Made by a program: the position numbers and the translations under genes
The notes under the pieces: model-generated
Database searches by the model: none
Told to the model about the DNA's origin: nothing
What the model saw: the letters and a program-made list of their open reading frames with translations, nothing else
In this document: in pieces, positions 56,489 to 64,000 of the stretch
Position numbering within the stretch: position 1 is the first letter of the stretch
Layout: the number at the start of each line of letters is the position of its first letter
Assembly (NCBI GenBank): GCA_964057225.1
Contig: OZ059900.1
Location: 13,392,001 to 13,456,000, forward strand
Origin: Auanema rhodensis
Lineage: Eukaryota; Animalia; Nematoda
Direction: 5' to 3'
Length of the DNA stretch: 64,000 nt

Positions 56489-59400
56489 ATGACACTATAG
56501 ATGCCAAAGCAAAACAAATTTGAATATGAACATGACGCGTCTTTTACATTATAGTTTGACCGGATAAAGCTTTGTATCGCTTTCTATAGCTTTGTACACT
56601 GATCACATATACGGCGAGAGGCTAGAACAGTTCATAAGTTTCCTGAATAGATTTGGTTTAATCACCCAAGTTAGAGGTAGTATCTCAATCTAACCAGAGA
56701 ACTTCTGAGTTGGAAATACATTTTGGAAAGCACACCATGAGTGTGCAATATTGAAAACTGTCTGTCTTAGTATGATTATATGACACTATAGATGCCAAAG
56801 CAATATAAATTTGAATATGAACATGACGCGTCTTTTACATTATAGTTTCACCGGATAAAGCTTTGTATAGCTTTGTACACTGATCACATATACGGCGATA
56901 GGCTAGAACAGTTCATAAGTTTCCTGAATAGATTTGGTTTAATCACCCAAGTTAGAGGTAGTATCTCAATCTAACCAGAGAACTTCTGAGTTGGAAATAC
57001 ATTTTGGAAAGCACACCATGAGTGTGCAATATTGAAAACTGTCTGTCTTAGTATGATTATATGACACTATAGATGCCAAAGCAAAACAAATTTGAATATG
57101 AACATGACGCGTCTTTTACATTATAGTTTCACCGGATAAAGCTTTGTATAGCTTTGTACACTGATCACATATACGGCGATAGGCTAGAACAGTTCATAAG
57201 TTTCCTGAATAGATTTGGTTTAATCACCCAAGTTAGAGGTAGTATCTCAATCTAACCAGAGAACTTCTGAGTTGGAAATACATTTTGGAAAACACACCAT
57301 GAGTGTGCAATATTGAAAATTGTCTGTCTTAGTATGATTATATGACACTATAGATGCCAAAGCAAAACAAATTTGAATATGAACATGACGCGTCTTTTAC
57401 ATTATAGTTTCACCGGATAAAGCTTTGTATAGCTTTGTACACTGATCACATATACGGCGATAGGCTAGAACAGTTCATAAGTTTCCTGAATAGATTTGGT
57501 TTAATCACCCAAGTTAGAGGTAGTATCTCAATCTAACCAGAGAACTTCTGAGTTGGAAATACATTTTGGAAAGCACACCATGAGTGTGCAATATTGAAAA
57601 CTGTCTGTCTTAGTATGATTATATGACACTATAGATGCCAAAGCAAAACAAATTTGAATATGAACATGACGCGTCTTTTACATTATAGTTTCACCGGATA
57701 AAGCTTTGTATAGCTTTGTACACTGATCACATATACGGCGATAGGCTAGAACAGTTCATAAGTTTCCTGAATAGATTTGGTTTAATCACCCAAGTTAGAG
57801 GTAGTATCTCAATCTAACCAGAGAACTTCTGAGTTGGAAATACATTTTGGAAAGCACACCATGAGTGTGCAATATTGAAAACTGTCTGTCTTAGTATGAT
57901 TATATGACACTATAGATGCTAAAGCAAAACAAATTTGAATATGAAGATGACGCGTCTTTTACATTATAGTTTGACCGGATAAAGCTTTGTATAGCTTTGT
58001 ACACTGATCACATATACGGCGATAGGCTAGAACAGTTTATAAGTTTCCTGAATAGATTTGGTTTAATTACCCAAGTTAGAGGTAGTATCTCAATCTAACC
58101 AGAGAACTTCTGAGTTGGAAATACATTTTGGAAAGCACACCACGAGTGTGCAATATTGAAAACTGTCTGTCTTAGTATGATTATATGACACTATAGATGC
58201 CAAAGGAAAACAAATTTGAATATGAACATGACGCGTCTTTTACATTATAGTTTGACCGGATAAAGCTTTGTATAGCTTTGTACACTGATCACATATACGG
58301 CGATAGGCTAGAACAGTTCATAAGTTTCCTGAATAGACTTGGATTTATTACCCAAGTTAAAGGTAGTATCTCAATCTAACCAGAGATCTTCTGAGTTGGA
58401 AATACATTTTGGAAAGCACACCATGAGTGTGCAATATTGAAAACTGTCTGTCTTAGTATGATTATATAACACTATAGATGCCAAAGCAAAACAAATTTGA
58501 ATATGAACATGACGCGTCTTTTACATTATAGTTTGACTTGTTAAAGCTTTGTATAGCTTTGTACACTGATCACATATACGGCGATAGGCTAGAACAGTTC
58601 ATAAGTTTCCTGAATAGATTTGGTTTAATCACCCAAGTTAGAGGTAGTATCTCAATCTAACCAGAGAACTTCTGAGTTGGAAATACATTTTGGAAAACAC
58701 ACCATGAGTGTGCAATATTGAAAATTGTCTGTCTTAGTATGATTATATGACACTATAGATGCCAAAGCAAAACAAATTTGAATATGAACATGACGCGTCT
58801 TTTACATTATAGTTTCACCGGATAAAGCTTTGTATTGCTTTGTACACTGATCACATATACGGCGATAGGCTAGAACAGTTCATAAGTTTCCTGAATAGAT
58901 TTGGTTTAATCACCCAAGTTAGAGGTAGTATCTCAATCTAACCAGAGAACTTCTGAGTTGGAAATACATTTTGGAAAGCACACCATGAGTGTGCAATATT
59001 AAAAACTGTCTGTCTTAGTATGATTATATGACACTATAGATGCCAAAGCAAAACAAATTTGAATATGAACATGACGCGTCTTTTACATTATAGTTTGACT
59101 GGATAAAGCTTTGTATAGCTTTGTACACTGATCACTTATACGGCGATAGGCTAGAACAGTTTATAAGTTTCCTGAATAGATTTGGTTTAATTACCCAAGT
59201 TAGAGGTAGTATCTCAATCTAACCAGAGAACTTCTGAGTTGGAAATACATTTTGGAAAGCACACCATGAGTGTGCAATATTAAAAACTGTCTGTCTTAGT
59301 ATGATTATATGACACTATAGATGCCAAAGCAAAACAAATTTGAATATGAACATGACGCGTCTTTTACATTATAGTTTCACCGGATAAAGCTTTGTATAGC

Positions 59401-61014
59401 TTTGTACACTGATCACATATACGGCGATAGGCTAGAACAGTTTATAAGTTTCCTGAATAGATTTGGTTTAATTACCCAAGTTAGAGGTAGTATCTCAATC
59501 TAACCAGAGAACTTCTGAGTTGGAAATACATTTTGGAAAGCACACCACGAGTGTGCAATATTGAAAACTGTCTGTCTTAGTATGATTATATGACACTATA
59601 GATGCCAAAGGAAAACAAATTTGAATATGAACATGACGCGTCTTTTACATTATAGTTTGACCGGATAAAGCTTTGTATAGCTTTGTACACTGATCACATA
59701 TACGGCGATAGGCTAGAACAGTTCATAAGTTTCCTGAATAGATTTGGATTTATTACCCAAGTTAAAGGTAGTATCTCAATCTAACCAGAGAACTTCTGAG
59801 TTGGAAATACATTTTGGAAAGCACACCATGAGTGTGCAATATTGAAAACTGTCTGTCTTAGTATGATTATATAACACTATAGATGCCAAAGCAAAACAAA
59901 TTTGAATATGAACATGACGCGTCTTTTACATTATAGTTTGACTGGATAAAGCTTTGTATAGCTTTGTACACTGATCACTTATACGGCGATAGGCTAGAAC
60001 AGTTCATAAGTTTCCTGAATAGATTTGGTTTAATTACCCAAGTTAGAGGTAGTATCTCAATCTAACCAGAGAACTTCTGAGTTGGAAATACATTTTGGAA
60101 AACACACCATGAGTGTGCAATATTGAAAATTGTCTGTCTTAGTATGATTATATGACACTATAGATGCCAAAGCAAAACAAATTTGAATATGAACATGACG
60201 CGTCTTTTACATTATAGTTTCACCGGATAAAGCTTTGTATTGCTTTGTACACTGATCACATATACGGCGATAGGCTAGAACAGTTCATAAGTTTCCTGAA
60301 TAGATTTGGTTTAATCACCCAAGTTAGAGGTAGTATCTCAATCTAACCAGAGAACTTCTGAGTTGGAAATACATTTTGGAAAGCACACCATGAGTGTGCA
60401 ATATTAAAAACTGTCTGTCTTAGTATGATTATATGACACTATAGATGCCAAAGCAAAACAAATTTGAATATGAACATGACGCGTCTTTTACATTATAGTT
60501 TCACCGGATAGAGCTTTGTATAGCTTTGTATAGCTTTGTACACTGATCACATATACGGCGATAGGCTAGAACAGTTCATAAGTTTCCTGAATAGATTTGG
60601 TTTAATTACCCAAGTTAGAGGTAGTATCTCAATCTAACCAGAGAACTTCTGAGTTGGAAATACATTTTGGAAAGCACACCATGAGTGTGCAATATTAAAA
60701 ACTGTCTGTCTTAGTATGATTATATGACACTATAGATGCCAAAGCAAAACAAATTTGAATATGAACATGACGCGTCTTTTACATTATAGTTTCACCGGAT
60801 AGAGCTTTGTATAGCTTTGAATAGCTTTGTACACTGATCACATATACGGCGATAGGCTAGAACAGTTCATAAGTTTCCTGAATAGATTTGGTTTAATTAC
60901 CCAAGTTAGAGGTAGTATCTCAATCTAACCAGAGAACTTCTGAGTTGGAAATACATTTTGGAAAGCACACCACGAGTGTGCAATATTGAAAACTGTTTGT
61001 CTTAGTATGATTAT
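56489..61014 (+). repeat. More heterogeneous, mostly 281-bp subfamily with a 5-monomer (1405-bp) higher-order period
   Basis: TTTCACCGG and AATCACCC variants appear here. Rare SNPs recur at 1405-bp spacing: 57292/58697/60102, 58206/59611, 58468/59873, 58836/60241. Confidence 0.88.
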
Positions 61015-63262
61015 ATGACACTATAGATGCCAAAGCAGAACAAATTTGAATATGAACATGACGCGTCTTTTACATTATAGTTTGACCGGATAAAGTTTTG
61101 TATAGATTTGTACACTGAGCACATATACGGCGATAGGCTAGAACAGTTCATAAGTTTCCTGAATAGATATGGTTTAATCACCCAAGTTAGAGGTAGTATC
61201 TCAATCTAACCAGAGAACTTCTGAGTTGGAAATACATTTTGGAAAGCACACCATGAGTGTGCAATATTGAAAACTGTTTGTCTTAGTATGATTATATGAC
61301 ACTATAGATGCCAAAGCAGAACAAATTTGAATATGAACATGACGCGTCTTTTACATTATAGTTTGACCGGATAAAGTTTTGTATAGATTTGTACACTGAG
61401 CACATATACGGCGATAGGCTAGAACAGTTCATAAGTTTCCTGAATAGATATGGTTTAATCACCCAAGTTAGAGGTAGTATCTCAATCTAACCAGAGAACT
61501 TCTGAGTTGGAAATACATTTTGGAAAGCACACCATGAGTGTGCAATATTGAAAACTGTTTGTCTTAGTATGATTATATGACACTATAGATGCCAAAGCAG
61601 AACAAATTTGAATATGAACATGACGCGTCTTTTACATTATAGTTTGACCGGATAAAGTTTTGTATAGATTTGTACACTGAGCACATATACGGCGATAGGC
61701 TAGAACAGTTCATAAGTTTCCTGAATAGATATGGTTTAATCACCCAAGTTAGAGGTAGTATCTCAATCTAACCAGAGAACTTCTGAGTTGGAAATACATT
61801 TTGGAAAGCACACCATGAGTGTGCAATATTGAAAACTGTTTGTCTTAGTATGATTATATGACACTATAGATGCCAAAGCAGAACAAATTTGAATATGAAC
61901 ATGACGCGTCTTTTACATTATAGTTTGACCGGATAAAGTTTTGTATAGATTTGTACACTGAGCACATATACGGCGATAGGCTAGAACAGTTCATAAGTTT
62001 CCTGAATAGATATGGTTTAATCACCCAAGTTAGAGGTAGTATCTCAATCTAACCAGAGAACTTCTGAGTTGGAAATACATTTTGGAAAGCACACCATGAG
62101 TGTGCAATATTGAAAACTGTTTGTCTTAGTATGATTATATGACACTATAGATGCCAAAGCAGAACAAATTTGAATATGAACATGACGCGTCTTTTACATT
62201 ATAGTTTGACCGGATAAAGTTTTGTATAGATTTGTACACTGAGCACATATACGGCGATAGGCTAGAACAGTTCATAAGTTTCCTGAATAGATATGGTTTA
62301 ATCACCCAAGTTAGAGGTAGTATCTCAATCTAACCAGAGAACTTCTGAGTTGGAAATACATTTTGGAAAGCACACCATGAGTGTGCAATATTGAAAACTG
62401 TTTGTCTTAGTATGATTATATGACACTATAGATGCCAAAGCAGAACAAATTTGAATATGAACATGACGCGTCTTTTACATTATAGTTTGACCGGATAAAG
62501 TTTTGTATAGATTTGTACACTGAGCACATATACGGCGATAGGCTAGAACAGTTCATAAGTTTCCTGAATAGATATGGTTTAATCACCCAAGTTAGAGGTA
62601 GTATCTCAATCTAACCAGAGAACTTCTGAGTTGGAAATACATTTTGGAAAGCACACCATGAGTGTGCAATATTGAAAACTGTTTGTCTTAGTATGATTAT
62701 ATGACACTATAGATGCCAAAGCAGAACAAATTTGAATATGAACATGACGCGTCTTTTACATTATAGTTTGACCGGATAAAGTTTTGTATAGATTTGTACA
62801 CTGAGCACATATACGGCGATAGGCTAGAACAGTTCATAAGTTTCCTGAATAGATATGGTTTAATCACCCAAGTTAGAGGTAGTATCTCAATCTAACCAGA
62901 GAACTTCTGAGTTGGAAATACATTTTGGAAAGCACACCATGAGTGTGCAATATTGAAAACTGTTTGTCTTAGTATGATTATATGACACTATAGATGCCAA
63001 AGCAGAACAAATTTGAATATGAACATGACGCGTCTTTTACATTATAGTTTGACCGGATAAAGTTTTGTATAGATTTGTACACTGAGCACATATACGGCGA
63101 TAGGCTAGAACAGTTCATAAGTTTCCTGAATAGATATGGTTTAATCACCCAAGTTAGAGGTAGTATCTCAATCTAACCAGAGAACTTCTGAGTTGGAAAT
63201 ACATTTTGGAAAGCACACCATGAGTGTGCAATATTAAAAACTGTCTGTCTTAGTATGATTAT
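61015..63262 (+). repeat. Homogeneous block of eight 281-bp variant monomers
   Basis: Starts at 61015 + n x 281 up to 62982. They share GCAGAAC, AAGTTTTGTATAGATTTG, CTGAGCA, AGATATGG and AATCACC, and are preceded by CTGTTTGTC. Confidence 0.95.
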
Positions 63263-64000
63263 ATGACACTATAGATGCCAAAGCAAAACAAATTTGAATA
63301 TGAACATGACGCGTCTTTTACATTATAGTTTCACCGGATAGAGCTTTGTATAGCTTTGAATAGCTTTGTACACTGATCACATATACGGCGATAGGCTAGA
63401 ACAGTTCATAAGTTTCCTGAATAGATTTGGTTTAATTACCCAAGTTAGAGGTAGTATCTCAATCTAACCAGAGAACTTCTGAGTTGGAAATACATTTTGG
63501 AAAGCACACCATGAGTGTGCAATATTGAAAACTGTTTGTCTTAGTATGATTATATGACACTATAGATGCCAAAGCAAAACAAATTTGAATATGAACATGA
63601 CGCGTCTTTTACATTATAGTTTCACCGGATAAAGCTTTGTATAGCTTTGTACACTGATCACATATACGGCGATAGGCTAGAACAGTTCATAAGTTTCCTG
63701 AATAGATTTGGTTTAATTACCCGAGTTAGAGGTAGTATCTCAATCTAACCAAAGAACTTCTGAGTTGGAAATACATTTTGGAAAGCACACCATGAGTGTG
63801 CAATATTGAAAACTGTTTGTCTTAGTATGATTATATGACACTATAGATGCCAAAGCAAAACAAATTTGAATATGAACATGACGCGTCTTTTACATTATAG
63901 TTTCACCGGATAAAGCTTTGTATAGCTTTGTACACTGATCACATATACGGCGATAGGCTAGAACAGTTCATAAGTTTCCTGAATAGATTTGGTTTAATTA

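Larger units (their letters stand above)
1..64000. repeat. Tandem satellite DNA array, 281/291-bp monomer, about 220-225 head-to-tail copies, open at both window ends
   Basis: ATGACACTATAGATGCC recurs at 1, 292, 573, 864 ... 62701, 62982, 63263 with spacings of 281 or 291 bp (one 352-bp exception at 11130). I saw no unique sequence, inversion or foreign insertion. Confidence 0.99.

Noticed and set aside
1-64000. CRISPR-like or guide-RNA array
   Set aside because: There are no variable spacers: monomers are near-identical along their whole length, and no associated genes are present.

Overview
The whole 64 kb window is one uninterrupted, head-to-tail, single-orientation tandem array, about 220-225 copies of an AT-rich monomer (about 35% GC, 102/291 by hand count). 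The monomer has two length classes, 281 and 291 bp, which differ only by 2 versus 3 copies of an internal 10-bp unit AGCTTTGTA(T/C). Copies are about 97-100% identical by eye. This looks like eukaryotic satellite DNA, possibly (peri)centromeric or heterochromatic; I cannot identify the family or organism. I see no credible protein-coding gene, RNA gene, transposon or CRISPR array, and all tracked ORFs are by-products of monomer SNPs. The structure worth attention is: (i) an ungapped 26-bp-arm fold-back (20 Watson-Crick + 3 G-U pairs) in the monomer, plus weaker dyads; (ii) the one-helical-turn length dimorphism; (iii) many short-lived local higher-order repeats of 2 to 10 monomers; (iv) layered haplotype domains; (v) one 61-bp internal duplication; (vi) a probable conversion tract; and (vii) a homogeneous 8-copy divergent block near the end. 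I cannot support a claim of a new gene system from this sequence.
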